A stretch of 64,000 nucleotides of DNA from Euglena gracilis (lineage: Eukaryota), in assembly GCA_039621445.1 (NCBI GenBank), contig CP154954.1, positions 40,851,572 through 40,915,571 on the forward strand. Direction: 5' to 3'. Positions 62,701 through 64,000 of the stretch are shown here, in pieces (positions within the stretch are counted from its first letter, which is position 1; each line of letters opens with the position of its first letter). The translations under genes were made by a program, and so were the position numbers. Under the pieces are notes generated by a model. That model had not been told where the DNA came from and did not search any database. It saw nothing but the letters and a program-made list of their open reading frames with translations.

Positions 62701-64000
62701 GTATTTTTTCTGCTTGGTGCAGGTTCAAGTTTGCACTGGGTTTTGGGTGGGTGGACAATTTGGTGGGTTTACCCAAGGGGGTTGAATGACATCACTGATT
62801 AGTTAACTTGTTGTTGGGGGGGGGTCATTTTTTGTCCACCATTTCAGGCTTTTTTGCAGCCTTTGATGGAGGGGGGTGTCTCCCCATTTTTCCTCCATGC
62901 AATTGATTTCTTGGATAAGATGATTTTGGGGGGGCTGGGCTGGAGATGTTGGACATTTTAGGCTTTTTTGCAGCCTTTGATGGAGGGTGGTGTCTCCCCA
63001 TTTTTCCTCCGTTGAATTTATTTTCTGGATAAGATGATTCTGGGGGGGGCTGCGTTGGGGGTGTTGGTCATTGCACCCCTAGGTCCCCTAGGGCTTGGGC
63101 TCTTGGAAAAAGAAATTTTTTCTGGGGGGATGTGCATGCGCTCTCTCCCTGTCTGCTCACCTCTCTGCATGAGCTTGTTGTTGGGAGACATACCACAGGG
63201 CTTAAGGCCCCTGTTTGGCCTATCTGGTCTTCTCCATGTTGATGCGGTTGGTTGACATACCATAGGGGGGCCTCTGTGGGCCCCCCCTTGATTGATTGAT
63301 CGGGAATTGAGAAATAAATGTAGGAGGGGTTCCTGCCCCTCCCTACAAAAGGGCCACTGTGGGTCCCTTGTCCTCCTGAGGCTGGGTCATTAAAGGGGCC
63401 ACTGTGGGTCCCCTTTTCTCCCTTTTTTGGCAGAGGGCCTCTGTGGGTCCCTCGGGGGATTTCTCCAGCAGCTGTCTTAGCTTCTTGGTTGCCACTGTGG
63501 GTCCACCCTGCTGGTTGGGTATGATGTCCCTTAGCTTCTTGGTGGCCACTGTGGGTCCACCCTGCTGGTCTCCAAGGTCTCTATGTGTAAATTATTTTCC
63601 ATAATCCTTCTGTAGGTCTTCCAGGCCTTGATTTGGCCTCCAACGCCACTTGAAATCTGGCGGGGGCTGCTGTGGCCACCCCCTTTTCCCCTTGAGAGGG
63701 GCTGTTGTGATAGATGAATTGGGGGGGTTTGACGGACCTTTTCTGCCCCTTCCTGAGGGGATTTGCTTGTAAAACTGGCCCCCATGGCCCCTGTAATGTT
63801 GTCCTCCTTGGCCTTCATTCCATCTCCCCATCCTTTGGCCAATTTGTGTATAGGCGACAGGGCGCCTTTGGGGGATATGACCCACATGCGTGGGCTGTGG
63901 TTGTTCAATTGTGGAGCAATTTGGGCCCCCCTGGCCCAACCTTTGCCCATCAAGGGCTGGGGCAGACTTTTGTCTTCTGGGCCTTCTGGCCACAGTGGTC

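Larger units (their letters stand above)
56740..64000 (-). mobile_element. DIRS-type tyrosine-recombinase retrotransposon, decayed, interrupted by two insertions, running off the window end
   Basis: Order gag-like, RT, RNase H, Dam MTase, YR, then inverted terminal motif. Confidence 0.88.

Overview
Repeat-dense eukaryotic DNA made almost entirely of nested mobile elements; no intact host gene is recognisable and the organism cannot be named from this window. Main contents: (1) A decayed 13.1-kb Ty3/Gypsy chromovirus-type LTR retrotransposon (19093-32213, ~708-bp LTRs, iMet-type PBS, PPT). Its pol begins with two DNA methyltransferase domains in tandem, a Dam-like N6-adenine MTase and a C5-cytosine MTase, linked in frame to protease, followed by RT, RNase H, integrase and chromodomain. 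(2) A 2.5-kb non-autonomous LTR element (57444-59955, 218-bp LTRs, 4-bp TSD) whose only cargo is a related Dam-like MTase ORF, inserted into the tyrosine recombinase of (3) a DIRS-type retrotransposon (RT-RNase H-Dam-YR, minus strand). Also present: further DIRS fragments, two more divergent gag remnants of the same Gypsy lineage, a 3.8-kb satellite of 29-bp hairpin units with higher-order repeats, a ~1.18-kb tandem array, and many MITEs with 8-bp TSDs. All domain calls come from motif reading by eye; no searches were run.
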